A stretch of 64,000 nucleotides of DNA from Octopus vulgaris. Lineage: Eukaryota. Positions within the stretch are counted from its first letter, which is position 1. Every line of letters begins with the position of its first letter. Of this stretch, positions 1 to 13,698 are shown piece after piece. The DNA lies in assembly GCA_951406725.2 (NCBI GenBank), contig OX597842.1, positions 6,138,001 through 6,202,000 of the forward strand, written 5' to 3'. A model generated the notes under the pieces. That model was not told the DNA's origin, made no database searches, and saw only the letters and a list, made by a program, of their open reading frames with translations. A program made the translations under genes and the position numbers.

Positions 1-230
1 GGTCCAGTCATTTGACTTCGGCCATGTTAGAGCACCATCTTTATTTGAACAAATCAACCCCACGACTTATTCTTTGTAAGCCTAGTACTTATTCTATTGG
101 TCATTTTTGCCGAACCGCTAAGTTATGGGGACGTAAATACACCAACATCGGTTGTCAAGCTATGGTGGGGTCGACAAATACAGACACAGAAATACATACA
201 CACACACACACACACATATATATATATCGC
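1..230 (-). mobile_element. tRNA-derived SINE (family A), 3' part; more degraded copies follow to about 555
   Basis: Reverse complement of the 3' half of the SINE at 7551-7958. Confidence 0.8.
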
Positions 231-764
231 TTGTAGAAACACACCCCAAGAAACTGTGACCATGCTGGGGCATCGTCTTGAAGGATTCAGTCGGACAAAT
301 CGATGCCAGTGCTTGTTTTTAAGACTGGTGCTTATTTGATCAGCCTCTTGTGCCGAATTGAAAAGTTACAGGAATGAAAACAAACTAACATCGGCTATCA
401 AGTGGTGGTGGGGGACAAACACAAAGACACACACACATGGACACATGTATGACAGGATTCCACACAGTTTCCGTCTACTAAAATCCTCACAAGGCGTGCC
501 ATGCAGTGGGACTGAACCCCAAAACGCATGATTACAGAGCGAGCTTCTTAATCATATGCCAAAAGTTTTCGATCCAAGACATGCCATAAAATTTTCTAGT
601 TACCATTTTATGGTCTGTAGTCGGTTCCTATTTCTTGATTTGGAACTTTTCTGTTATACTGCAACACTGCAAAGATTTTTCAAAGGGCTCCGACTGATCC
701 ACCTCCATCAACCTTGGTGTGTTAGAAATGACAGACATGTTTCCAATACTTTTATTGCTGTACA

Positions 765-1326
765 TTTGTCTGGAAAGTTAGTGCTGATTTTTAAAGGAAA
801 GAAAAAGTCCATAAATACTTGCCATTACATTTTTAATCAACCAAATATGAACCATTTTGTTGCACAATGCATCTCCATCTTTCCTTTAACTTGAAAATAC
901 CCTCTTCCCAGAATTGAAGTGGTTTCATGGCAAACAATTCATCAAGGTATCTTTTTACGTCATCCAAGGAATTGAAATTTTTACCATTAAGAATATTCTG
1001 CAGAGACCTGAATGAGTGGAAATCCGAAGGAGCAATATCTGGTGAATATGGAGGGTGGGGTAACACATCCCAGCCGAGCTGCAGCAATTTTTGTCTGGTT
1101 CCCAAAGCATCAAGTGCCGAAAATGAACTTTCTTATCTTCCATTTTAAAGGGTTACAAATTTAACACAGGTTATAGGAACATAAATCTTCTTCCATGAAT
1201 GATAGCTTAAACTGTGCTCTAAATGGAGGTGTAGTCAAATCCTATTTTATGGACTCAATCATGTTCTAAAATAAGTCGAAAGGTAAGCTACTATAAATCG
1301 GTACAAACTTTCCAGACAACCCAATA
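765..1326 (-). mobile_element. Internally deleted mariner transposon
   Basis: Terminal inverted repeats (TIRs) ttgtctggaaagtt / aactttccagacaa. N-terminal MEDKKVHFRHLML joined to C-terminal HPPYSPDIAPSDFH (mariner YSPDLAP-x-D). Confidence 0.9.
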
Positions 1327-1339
1327 TATATAAATATAT

Positions 1340-1650
1340 CTTGGAGAGTTTATCCCTCCAAGAAACTGCTATATGGAGATCTCCTGCCTGTTTTCCACCA
1401 TTATAAGGGAAAGGCGTTTGCACTTTGCAGGACATCATTGATGAGCTAAGCAAGAGCTGGCAAGTGATCTATTGCTATGAATGCCAAAGCATGGTCATAT
1501 GAGAGCAGGTCGTCTGAACACAGCCTATGTAGATCAACTCACCAATGACACTGGATGCCTCCCTGAAGATCTCCCTCAACTAAATCAGAACCGGGGTGGA
1601 CAGCATGAGCGGGTTGAAAATATCTGAGTAAGCATTATGATGGTGATGAC
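1340..1650 (+). mobile_element. Degraded RTE-clade LINE 3' end
   Basis: Interrupted translation LYGDL..IRERRLHFAGH..ELASDLLL..PKHG..AGR..YVDQL..DTG, typical of the RTE C-terminus. Confidence 0.7.
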
Positions 1651-1662
1651 TGTATCTATAAG

Positions 1663-2111
1663 GGCAAAGGCGTGTGGCCTCGTGGTTAGGATGTTGCACT
1701 TACGATAGCAAGATAGTGATTTCGATTCCTAGACAGGGCGACACACTGTTTTCTTCAGCAAGACACTTCTATTCACGTTGGTCCCGTCCACATAGCTGTA
1801 AATGAGTAACCCTACAACAGATTAGCGTCCCAACCTGTCATTTTTACACCTCGGGTCGACCAAAACCTTAAGAGTGGATTTAGCTGACGGAAACTGAAAG
1901 AAGCCTGATGTATACATATATCTCTGTGTGTGTGCGTGTCTGTGCGCGCACACCCTCGTGTGTGTGTTTATCCTTCACCACCACTTGAGAACCACTGTTG
2001 CTGTGGTTATGTCCCTGTAACTTAGCGGTTCAGCAAAATCAACCGATAGAATAAGTACCAGGCTTAACAAATAAATAAGTACTGGGGTCAATTCATTCAA
2101 CTAGAAATTCT

Positions 2112-2112
<1 letters not shown>
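1663..2112 (+). mobile_element. Older tRNA-derived SINE related to family A
   Basis: A box tggcctcgtgg, B box ttcgattcc, and the shared 3' domain (aacttagcggttc...gatagaataagtacc). Confidence 0.7.
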
Positions 2113-2161
<49 letters not shown>

Positions 2162-3126
2162 ATTTTAGCCATAAAATACAGCATAACATTGATAAAAGTT
2201 ACCAATAAAGATTGATATCATGAAATATAGAACGTGGTACAATGATTAGATATGTATGTACATAAATAGGCATGCCTAAATGCGTGTAAGTATATAAAAA
2301 AATATACATGCAGTGTGAGTATATACATATATACACACAAACATATTAGTACATATGTATCTATATGCGCATATATGTATGTATTTAATATAAAAACCCA
2401 TTTTATTTTTGTTTACTGTATCTAACAACCATGTCATTGAACTTGGCCACACAACATTCATTTAAGTTTCAACAAAAGTAAGTAAAGAAAATCATGGCAA
2501 CTACAACGACAATGAAATCATGGCAACTACAACGACAAAAAATATTTAATGAGTTTAACACTGCTCCAGTCAGTGCACAAACAATAACATGGAGCAGAAA
2601 TCTCGTATTATTGATGAACTGAGCAAAACAAAATATATTCCAGCAAATTTTAAGTTAATAGTTTTGGGAAAAGTGGAACGAGGGGCGTAAAATATTGTCA
2701 CCAGATGTGTGCTTAGTGTGCAGAAAAAATCAGGGAGTCGGCAAATCGTTTGCTGTAATTTATCAGGAATTCTATGTCTCTGTGTCTGCTTTTATGGGTT
2801 TATAATTTTATGGCTGTTGTTTGAAGCTGAATTTAAATGGCGTATATAGTGACTAACCCAGTGGATATACATATATGCATGCATACAAACACACGTGTAT
2901 ACACACATTTTTCATATTTTTATAAATATACACATACATGTATTTGTGTGTATACACACACACATTCATGCTTATATACTTCCCATTAAACATAAATGTA
3001 CACATATATACACGCGCATATTTGCGCATGCATGTGTGTAATTATGTAAGCATGTATTTAAATATACACAGAAATATGCATGTGTGTGTGTGCATATCTT
3101 TCTATCTATCTTTCTATCTATCTATC

Positions 3127-4317
3127 TACAGAGTTTGCGGACTAAATTTGATGAATTTATGTCCCCTTTTTTCAGGAACAGCTTGATGTATATACGCTGG
3201 TGAATAGTTAACGGTGTTTGAGAGAATAGAAGATTAAAGATGTAATTCAGAAAAAGTTAGCTGACATGGCGGACTGGAAGCCATCTGAAAGGAACATTAG
3301 AAAAGAGTTACTTGTATCATGGTGATTCAAACCAGGTATCAAAATGCCAACATCATGACTGCTTCTCAATGTTCTTTGAGCACTGTAAAGGCTGTAAGAC
3401 ATGACATGGATGGCTGTACAGGAGGCTATGAATGGCCCTAAATGTGAAATGGCAGCTACAAATGATAAACGAATACCCTCCTGAAGACCTGCCAAAAGTT
3501 AGCAAGAAGATCAGGCAAAGACAGCTGTGGCTATCTGATCACTGCATGCACCACCCTGAACTGGGATGCATCCAAATTAGTTTTGTAGAGCCCATTTCAT
3601 AGTGATATAAGAGGAGGAAAAAAGTAGTTAACTTACATCAATAATTTAATCACAGACATTGGCCTGCAATATATCCAGGACCTACCTCAAGACAATGATT
3701 TTGGACCAAGAAGTGTGCCAGGTGGACTTTGTTACTTGCAACTTCGGTTGGAACTTGGCCATAGTAATAAAATTAACAGGAGACTATGAAGCTGTTGTAA
3801 TCAGGAAGGGACACAGCAGGTGTTCTGACTGCATCTGCACACCAAAATTCATCCTCACAATTCTGAACAGGGCCTTGGGCTCAATTCAGATGGCTATGTG
3901 AAACTACTGGAAAGGGTTGCTACTAGAAGGCCATATGTGTGACAGCAGGATTTGGCTCCTTGCCATACAACCAGAAAGAGTCCTGGCCTCCTAATTCCCT
4001 TGATTGTAATCCCATGGATTATTATGTGTGGGTCATGGTTGAGAAAAACACCAAGCACTCTGCCTGCAACACCAAGACTGAGATAAAAAGGCGTTTGAAG
4101 ATCTTCCCAGGGACAGAGTGAAGAATGCATGTGTCAGGTTTGAGGGCTGTCTTAAGATCATGGTGGAAGTTGTATGTAGCAACTTTGAGAACACTGTTAT
4201 CTCCCAGCCATAATCTAGTTGATAGTTCTTTTAACTTTTCAAAATACTTTACTTTTGGGGTTGGATATTGTGTTTTCCTTTTATGAAAACTGTCAAATTT
4301 TGCTCAAACATCCTGTA
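3127..4317 (+). mobile_element. Degraded Tc1/mariner-superfamily (maT-like) transposon
   Basis: TA-CAG...CTG-TA ends with imperfect TIRs. Remnant WPPNSLDCNPMDYYVW motif near 3985-4030. Confidence 0.75.
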
Positions 4318-4385
4318 CCTATCAATCTAACTATCTGTCTGTCTGTCTGTCTGTCTGTTGTCTCTGTGTGTGTGTGTGTGTGTGT

Positions 4386-4428
<43 letters not shown>

Positions 4429-4639
4429 ATGTATATCATCATTCAGTTTTATTTCAAGATTTCTTGTCAAAAGAGAGAGATCCATTCAGTGGAATTTCAA
4501 CAACACCAAAACCGTATTTTTGCATGTATGTGTGTATATGTGCAGTATTTGGAGTCATTGCATGTGCAGACTTGTGTGTTTTGTTTTGTGTATGTATTCT
4601 CATGCATATAGTTGCATATCTATTCATGCACATGTATAC

Positions 4640-4786
4640 TTAGATGATAAACTTCTGGAAAGTTTTACAGATTTTTACAGTTCCCGTGATGGCTTGGATC
4701 TGTAGTTTTTGAATCAGTTTTCTCCTTTCTGCTTTTGAGAAACCTAATTTCTCAAGATTGGTATTTAGGCAATATGTTACATATTC

Positions 4787-4790
<4 letters not shown>
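4640..4790 (-). mobile_element. 3' tip of a non-LTR element with restriction-like endonuclease (R4/NeSL-like)
   Basis: LEKLGFS...LIQKLQIQAITGTVKICKTF* resembles RLE C-termini. It abuts a (TG)n tract. Confidence 0.5.
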
Positions 4791-4825
<35 letters not shown>

Positions 4826-4920
4826 TGTGCATGCATGCGTGCATGCATGTATGTATGTATGTATGCATATACATGACAGTGCATACAGACACACATTAAT
4901 AGCTTTTCTATCTTTTCTAG

Positions 4921-5045
4921 CAGTGTCCAACTGCAGTGACTATCTTCCATCTCCTGAAAGATGCGGTACCCGACCATCTGGATCTCAGAGGAACTATAGA
5001 ATTATCGGTGGCTTTGAGGTCAGGCGCAATAGCTGGCCTTGGCAG
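4921..5045 (+). CDS. Trypsin-like S1A serine protease, exon with zymogen activation site
   Basis: Pyrimidine tract plus AG (tcttttctag, NAGNAG tagcag) before, GTATG donor at 5046. Translates AVSNCSDYLPSPERCGTRPSGSQRNYR|IIGGFEVRRNSWPWQ (CG...R-IIGG...WPWQ). Confidence 0.92.
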
Positions 5046-5344
5046 GTATGTGTATACAGGGTGTCTAGGGTAGATATTCTGACATGTTGCTAGATACATC
5101 AGGGTAATCTTCCTGTTTGCTGTTCCATGTTGGGCTATGAACCCACACAACCATACATGAGGCCATAAACATTCGCTAAATAATGTTTGTGCATTCATGC
5201 ATGGCTGCGTGGTTAATAAATTTACTTCGTAATTAGGTTGTTATGGGTTCACACCCACTACACATCACATTGAATAGGTGGCTCCTTTGGTATCTTTGTC
5301 CCAACCAAGGACTTTAAGTGAAATTCAGCAAAAGTGGCAGTGTC

Positions 5345-5856
5345 ATTAGAACATAACTCTAGGGATGTTTCAGTCTTATTATTGCCTCATCAGTAAATGG
5401 AATCCACTTCATTGCAAGCATTTAGGCTAGGTCTCTGATTTGAGGATATCTTTCTCTCTCTCCCTCTCTCATCACCATTGCAGGCCATAGGAAGGACCAT
5501 AGGAACAGCCCTCTTCTCCTGAATAGCAATAAAAAAAAAAGAAAATGTGTGGAAATCCAGCAGACAGAGCATTAATATTTTGTGGTTGAATATTACCTGT
5601 TCTTTAGCAGGGTTCACACTGCTGTAAGAATTCATGACGAGAATAACTTCTTCCTTTCCATCCACAAACTTTGGAAGCACTTTAAAAGATCATAGGTACA
5701 GCTCTTCATTCTATGATTTAGCCATTAAAATTTCTTAGTAATCTTATATATTTGCTTCATGATTTTCTCAATATTTTGGCAACTATAACTATAGTGAAGA
5801 TGAGAATTTACTGATGAGATCATAATAAGACTAAAACACCACTGGAGTTATCTCCC
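5345..5856. repeat. Inverted repeat (about 55-bp arms), each arm with a degraded outward-facing HHR core
   Basis: Minus arm reads ttta CTGATGA ggcaataataagact GAAAC; plus arm reads ttta CTGATGA gatcataataagact AAAAC. Confidence 0.55.
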
Positions 5857-6143
5857 ATAATTGCTGAAATACAACATGCTTTCCTTAATTGTTTTATGTA
5901 CCTATATAGTTGTGAGCAGACAGAGACACCTTCTTGGCCCTCCAGCCTTTGACCCAATGGGATATAATAGATGTAACAGCTGGAGAGAAAAAAGGGCTAT
6001 TCTAGGACTGGGCTAAGTATACTGGAGAAACACAGGATGAAGCATCTTACTCTATGACACAACACATGATCTTCTCTAAGAATTGAACCCAACACGTTAA
6101 CCACTAAGCTACAGACCTTCACACTTGATGAATTATATGAATA

Positions 6144-6286
6144 CAGTCGCGGCCAAAAGTTTGGAACATTTTCTTAAAAATTGAAATTGTTATGACCAAG
6201 TGCAATTCGAGTGAAATATAACATTGGACATTTAATATAAAAATTCTAATTTTGAGACCTATGTTCTAAACTTTTGGACACGACTG
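6144..6286. mobile_element. Tc1-like MITE
   Basis: TIRs cagtcgcggccaaaagtttggaaca / tgttctaaacttttggacacgactg, with TA on the left. Confidence 0.75.
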
Positions 6287-6457
6287 TTTATAACAAGAAA
6301 TAATGATCTAGTGCAGAAAATATTAGTTTGTAATTAATATTGTATATATTTGCTGAAATACAAAAATAATGGTCACTGACAAATATTTTCTTCCCCATCT
6401 TTATGAAAAATGATGCATGCAATAAATATATTAGCACATAAGATAAATATGTATGTA

Positions 6458-6839
6458 TAGCTGTGTGGTAAGAAGCTTTCTTCCCAACCACATGGTTCAG
6501 AGTTCAGTCCCACTGTGTGGCACCTTGGACAAGTGTCTTCTACTATAGCCTTGGGCTAACAAAAGCCTTGAATGGATTTGAAAGATGGAAACTGAAAGAA
6601 ACCCATCATGTGTGTGTGCGCGTGCACGTGTGTGTGTTTGTCCCCACCACTACCACTTGACAACTGGTGCTAGTGTGTTTATGTCCCTTTAACTTAGCAG
6701 TTCAGCAAAACAGACTGATAGAGTAACTACCAGACTTTAGAAAAAATATAAACTGAGGTTGATACATTCAACTAAAATTTCAAAGTGGTCCCCCAACATA
6801 GCCATGGTCAAATGACTGAAACAAGTAAAAGATAAAAGA
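6458..6839 (+). mobile_element. SINE family A, older copy
   Basis: Colinear with 7551-7958. Confidence 0.8.
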
Positions 6840-7363
6840 TTATATATTTAACAAATGTAAAATGTATATGTAAATGTACACAAATACGTTTGTGAGGGTT
6901 TGTGAGTATATGTGTTTCTTTGATAGTTAAATTATTTACAAAAGCTCCATCACTTCATCTTACAAATCATTGTCACTTTACACAAAATTTAGCTAATTCT
7001 AACTGTTCAAAATGTAAGTCATCTGTCCCTGAACTCTAACACCAAATAACTATTGCTGCATTAGCTAATTTCAAGAAATAGTATACCAAATAACTGTAGA
7101 TGTTATGAAGTGCCTATCTTATATTGATCTCATAGCTAGATCATTGAAATTTAGATATTTTCACCACACTTACTCTTTCAACAACCAGAACAGAAAAATA
7201 TTATGGACTTGTCAACATGAATATGAAACTCAACAAATAGATAATTACCCTTTTTTGTTTGCCAAAATAGCACTCTCAACTCTGAATGCATCCACTCATG
7301 TCCACACAAAAGCATTCAAACTTCTTATACAATTTAAACCAACAATATATCCTTACATTTAGT

Positions 7364-8456
7364 CCCCACCTGTTTCCAAAAGAGGTAATGTTTTCCCTTG
7401 TATTTGTTACAGGAGGCAAAAGCACTTTCACACACATCTCAAACAGACCCACTTTCAGCTAATGAATACACACAGATAACATGTATAAAACTATATTCCT
7501 CAAAAACAACCATCCTGCCCTAAAACTCTCAATTCATAATCCCCCACTTAAGGCGCAGGAGTGGCTGTGTGGTAAGTAGCTTGCTTACCAACCACATGGT
7601 CCCGGGTTCAGTCCCACTGCATGGCACCTTGGGCAAGTGTCTTCTACTATAGCCTCTGTCCTACCAAAGCCTTGTGAGTGGATTTGGTAGATGGAAACTG
7701 AAAGAAGCCCGTCGTATATATGTAATATATATATGTGTGTGTGTGTGTTTGTGTGTCTATGTTTGTCCCCCCAACATCGCTTGACAACCGATGCTGGTGT
7801 GTTTACGTCCCCATAACTTAGCAGTTCGGCAAAAGAGACCGATAGAATAAGTACTAAGCTTACAAAGAATAAATCCTGGGGGTCGATTTCCTCGACTAAA
7901 GGCGGTGCTCCAGCATGGTCGCAGTCAAATGACTGAAACAAGTAAAAGAGTAAAAGAGATATATAATTATTTTAACTGATAAAGTGTACTTTCAATAATG
8001 ACCAAATCTCTCTTAACTTGTGGTTAGTATGTATAGGTTTTCTTTGCTACTTTTTATGTCTAGATTGTTACATTTATAATTTTCTATCTTTATGTAACTT
8101 TCATATCAATCTGTACATATGTTCACTTTAACTCTTTAACTAGTTCCAGCTTGAGAGCTATGGCCATGCTGGGGCATCACTGTTTCTTTTTTAAATATAT
8201 ATGCATATGTGCAGCACTATTTGTGTGGTGAGTTTTCTATGACTGGATGCCTTTCCTGTGTTCAACCCCCACCTGTTTCCAAAATAGGTAATGTTTTCCC
8301 TTGTATTTGTTACAGGAGGCAAAAGCACTTTCACACACATCTCAAACAGACCCACTTTCAGCTAATGAATACACACAGATAACAAGTGTAAAACTATATT
8401 CCTCAAAAACAACCATCCTGCCCTAAAACTCTCAATTCATAATCCCCCACTTAAGG
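7364..8456 (+). repeat. About 190-bp near-identical direct repeat (7364-7553 and 8267-8456)
   Basis: ccccacctgtttccaaaa...cccccacttaagg occurs twice, 903 bp apart. Confidence 0.9.
7551..7958 (+). mobile_element. tRNA-derived SINE family A, full length
   Basis: Pol III A box (gtggctgtgtgg), B box (ggttcagtccc), internal (TA)/(TG) tract, (gtaaaaga)n tail. More than 10 copies in the window. Confidence 0.9.
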
Positions 8457-9907
8457 AATGCTTACTGCTATGATTAATCATATCTTGAAAGCTACCTTTA
8501 TAATTGCTATAAGCTAGCATCCTTCTTTTCCTAAATACTTATCTGTTAATGTTACTTTACTGTTAGTAGAAAGCATATTTTATACATTAGTGACAAATAT
8601 ACTTTTAATATTTAATCAGGTTCCCCACAACACATGTTCCTTACTCATGTGATGATTGATATTAAAAACCAACCTTTAATATTTTTTATAAACCATATCA
8701 TACTTTATCTTAACCAGATTGCCAAACATCTACCATCTGATTGTAATTTGGTAATCCTACCAGCACTCACGCTAATAATTCTATCTAAATTCCTTGCCAC
8801 TCACTTCCCCTCCCAGTTCTCTTCAACTAACCATAACACAATTATTCAACTGCTTCCATATTAACCACATCATATAACATTACTCACAATTCCAAACAGT
8901 TATATATCAGCTGACAGTTTTCTGGTCAAAAATTCTTCTAAAAGCAATATAAACACTACCAATTTATCAAACACCATTATGGTTAAATAATTCTAATTTT
9001 ATTCCCATTTTTATGTTAATCTATAGGATGTTGTACCATATAACTCCTACATTCAACCTCTCATATTTCCTCACCATCACCTCATTAAAGTTCTTCCATT
9101 TAACTCGTCAAACAACATAATTTATTAAATATTTAATGGGAAAAAAATATATGTAAGAGGCGTTGATGGTTATGTCCCATTAAGTTCACAGATTTAATCT
9201 TACAAATGCAATGGTTAAGAAAATATTAAGCTGAGAGTTTTGTCATTATTGAATTCTGTTTCTTTTGAAGTTTGAGAAAGGCATTTTCATGCCAAAATAT
9301 CAGATTATGATTGAAAAAATATAGTGTTTGGTTTCATTAGCTCATTTATTTAAGTCAGTTATAAAATAATGTGTGTGGTGTGTGTGTGTGTGTGTGTGTG
9401 TGTTGCATTCTTGGTTATCAAATTAAATATTTAAACAAGTTTTAGTGTGAGGGCTAACAGTTATGGGTTAAGGTTTGTGGTTAGTGTTTAGTGTTTAAAG
9501 GTGGGGTTTAGACTCCTGTCCCTTTTTTAATGAAATTTTCATATTATTCATAAATGATTTTTTTTTTTGAATTAGGCACAAAAATTTCAACTACAAAGGC
9601 AAAATTTGTTATCCAACAAACTGCATTAGTCATGCCTATCCTGTATAACTTTATGTTAGTTTCAACAATTTTTTACTTTTTACTTGTTTCAATCATTAGA
9701 CTGTGACCCAGCTGGGGACCAAGCTGAGGAATTTTAGTCAAACTAATCAATCCAGTATTTACTTTCTTCTTAAGCTTTGATATTTATTCTATCAGTCTTT
9801 TTTGCAAGACTGCTAAGTCATAGGAACATAAACACACCAACACTAGTTGTTAAGTAGTGGTGGGGACAAACACAGGCACCAAGATACAATCAGAGATAGC
9901 TAAATAC

Positions 9908-9952
<45 letters not shown>

Positions 9953-10422
9953 GATGATGATGATGATGATGATGATATATATATATATATTATATCTAAT
10001 ATAGGACAAAACTTTTTGAAAAAAATTCTATCACTGGCCAGCATATTAAAAAATACCTTTAAAAGTTAATTTTATAAACAACTTATAAACGAGTGAGAAA
10101 AGAGAAAAATTTCTAATACCAAATATGCTGAAAATAGACACATCATCAATAACCATATAATTCATCACTATAAGCACGCGTCTCGAAGAAAGCCGACAGA
10201 AATTTCTAAAAAATTCCGTTATTATCATATCGGACTTGATTTCAGAGTTAATTCATAAGAACCTCTTTGTCAGTGATAAATGCAGCAAAGAAATAAATGA
10301 AATACTTACTTATACCCATGGAAGAAGCAAACACTAAGTCATGAGTACAATTAAGTAACCCAAAAATATCCAAAGTAGAAATTCTCCAGCACACTGGAGG
10401 TATATATATATATATATGAATA

Positions 10423-10486
<64 letters not shown>

Positions 10487-10569
10487 CATCATCATCATCA
10501 TCATTTAACGTCCACTTTCCATGCTGGCATGGGTTGGACGATTTGACTGAGGACTGGCGAATCAGATGG

Positions 10570-10815
10570 CTGGTTCTGAATGTTCTTAGGATCCATCCAG
10601 GCAGTCGTCTGCACTTTGTTGCCATCCTGGTAATGTGCACTTGGAAAGAGGTATCCTCACTCATATCGATACCCAGGTCCCTCACACACTTAGGCTCTGG
10701 GATTGAAATTCCCTGTGGATCGGTGTATCTTGTAAGTTTAATATTCAGTTTTGGATGCTGGTAGCGCAGGGCCTGGAATTTTTCAGCATTAAACTGCATA
10801 TTATTATTTGCCTGA
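10570..10815 (-). mobile_element. CR1/L2-group LINE RT fragment, joined to an RTE tail at 10487-10565
   Basis: NNMQFNAEKFQALR...VRDLGIDMS..SFQVHI...GWILRTF. Confidence 0.8.
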
Positions 10816-11034
10816 ATAGGAAAACTGGAATGGAACACTAGCACACACCACAACATATGACAGAAGAGGATCCCCATAAACTGGTTACAATATAAACAAA
10901 ACTGAAAACATAATAAAATAAAATACACTGATAAAGAAACAAATGGAAGTAAATAACTATATAGGTTTTTTTTAATTAAAAATTTTTTTCATATATATAT
11001 TTTTTTAAATATATTTTTATTTTTTTAAATTTAA

Positions 11035-11079
<45 letters not shown>

Positions 11080-11133
11080 TAGTATTGTTGTTATACATAC
11101 ATACAAGCATACGTAATAATAATGATAATGGTG

Positions 11134-11197
<64 letters not shown>

Positions 11198-12168
11198 GTG
11201 GATGTAAACACATGAACAAAATAAGAATAAATAAAAACAAATTACACGAACATATATAAACAGAAGATACAAATATTACAGGCATCCCCCCCCCACACAC
11301 ACACTAACTAAACATAGATGCACATAGAGATATAAGCATGCGCAAATGAAGACACATAGAATAGGAATACAAAATGGCTGATGGTTAGTAAGGAGAGATA
11401 CAAATAAGAAAGAAGAAAACAAAGGACCACTGATGCGGTCACAGGAGTGTGATGAAAGAACTCTGGCCGAAATAAGATTAAGATTAATGTAAAAAATAAA
11501 TAACACTGAAGCAAAGTAACACCAAATATATATAGTGTGTGTTTTTATTGGCTAAACTGGCAAAATGACCATTCCGAAATACAACAATATATCATCATCA
11601 TCATCATCATCATCATCGTTTAGCGTCCGTTTTCCATGCTAGCATGGGTTGGACGGGTCAACTGGGGTCTGTGAAGCTGGAAGGCTTCATCAGGCCCAGT
11701 CAGATCTGGCAGTGTTTCTACGGCTGGATGCCCTTCCTAACGCCAATATATATATTGGAAATAATAATTATTTAAAATAATAATAGTGAAAAATTCAATA
11801 TTAATTTGATTAATATGAATTTAAAACCAGTGGTGTAGCATATAAGACCATAGCGGATCTTCTAGCATAATGGATGGATGTCCTGACTTAAAAGTTTCAG
11901 TATTAAAGTGAAAGTATTAAAGTGAAACTATCTGACGTTACAATAGAGAGATGTTTTTGTTTCACTTTTGACACGTAATACTAAAATAGTGGAGAAGATA
12001 TGATATTGCTGTGGGTTTGCCCAAGGCAAAAAGTCTAAAAATTTTTTTGTCCATAACACTACATGGACCCTATGTAAGGCATGTGTAAAATCTGAATGAA
12101 ATTGGTTGTGTAGTTCTCAAGTTTTAGGGATTCACACAGACAGACAGACAGACACACATTGTCAGTTT

Positions 12169-12263
<95 letters not shown>

Positions 12264-12265
<2 letters not shown>

Positions 12266-13666
12266 CGGGAAGCTTTATGAAAATAAACAAAAGACGAAGG
12301 CAGGTGGAAAACAAACGAACAATTGTATTAGTATGGCGCTCAGGAAATATAAATAAAACAAGTCTTTAACGTTTCGAGCCTACGCTCTTCAACAGAAGAA
12401 GAGGGGGAGGGGAAGAAGAGGGGGAGGGGAGGGTGAAGAGGAGAGGATGGGGAGAAGGAAGGGGAGGAGAGGGATGAAGGAGGAAAGAGGGAGAGGGGGA
12501 GAGAGAAGGGGAGAGAGGGAGTGAGGGAGCAGAGGGAAGAGGAAGAGGGAGGGAGAAAGAGGGAAGAAGGGAAGGGGAGTAGGGGTGAAAGGATGAAGGA
12601 CTGAAGAAGTGGGGGTCGGGGGGAGAAAGGATAGGTGAGGAGGGGGAGAGGGGGTTAGATGAGGAGGGGGAGAGTTGAGACCAAATGGCGTATAAGAGCG
12701 AAGAGAGAAGATTAATTCCTGTTCACGGCGCAAACGGGAATCCGGATGGCCTCTGTGTAAGGACAAACCGAACACAGATAGGTGTTGCAAGGAGTGACCG
12801 GTGGAGCGGAAATGGCGTGAGACCGGTGTGTCGTTCGCAAGGTGGATGTCACGAAGGTGTTCCGCGAACCGGTCAGCCAAGCGGCGTCCCGTTTGTCCGA
12901 TGTACAAGGAATTGCAGAGAGAGCAAGAGATGCAATAGATAATATTGCTGGAGGTGCAGGTGAAGGAGTGGATGATGGGATAGGGTCGATGGTGGGTGCT
13001 AGTGAGGCGGGTGGTGTTGGAGAGGTAAGGGCAAGTGCGGCAACGTGGGCGGGAGCAGGGGAACGAGCCGGGTTGGGAGGTAGGGTCAGGGAAGGAGCTA
13101 TGGACCAAAAGGTCTCGAAGGTTGTGGGCTCGTTTGAAAGAGGGGAGGGGTCGGTTAGGGAAGAGGTGTGAAGTGGACGGATCGGACTGGAGACGACGGA
13201 AAGCTCGAAGAATGGTGCGTTGGAGACGTAGGGTCGTGGGGTGGTAAGTGAGGGGAAAAGGGAGGCGGGAGACTACAGGGCGGGTTCGGGGAGAGAGAGC
13301 AGATACACGGTCCACGGACCGTGCTCTGGCAAGGGCGGTGTGGATAGTGGTGAGGGGGTATCCACGTAGGGTGAAGTGGTGAGCCATACGTTGAGACTGA
13401 GTCTCAAAGTCATGGTCGTCACTACAGAGCCTACGTAGACGGAGGAATTGGGAATAGGGGATGGAAAGCTTGGTGTGTTCTGGGTGGGAGGAAGAGAAGT
13501 TGAGGTATGAGTGTGAGTCTGTGTGTTTGTAGTGAATGGAGGTGGTAAGAGTGGAGTCAAGAATGCTAACCGAAATGTCGAGGAAGGAGACAGAGGTGTT
13601 GGAGATAGTGGAAGTGAAGTGGAGGGCTGGATGGAAAGATTGGACGAAAGAGAGGAAGGAATCTAG
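12264..13666 (-). mobile_element. 5'-truncated Penelope-like retroelement (Neptune-type): RT C-terminus, GIY-YIG endonuclease and pLTR, inside (TA)n
   Basis: Open frame with VSFLDISV..TSIHYKHTDSHSYLNFSSSHP..IPYSQFLRLRRLCS, a CSRPRCRTC linker, and NIIYCISCSLCNSLYIGQTGRRLADRFAEH..PFGLN. Confidence 0.93.
12362..12399 (-). ncRNA. Minimal hammerhead-like motif in the Penelope pLTR (core variant CUGUUGA)
   Basis: Minus strand CTGTTGA A GAGC gtag GCTC GAAAC GTT aaagac. Stem I is weak. Confidence 0.6.

Positions 13667-13698
<32 letters not shown>

Noticed and set aside
7551-7620. tRNA gene
   Set aside because: The A/B boxes are SINE heads with no complete cloverleaf.
12389-12670. Pro/Leu/Ser-rich C-terminal extension of the Penelope ORF
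   Set aside because: Low-complexity pyrimidine 3' UTR read-through after PFGLN.
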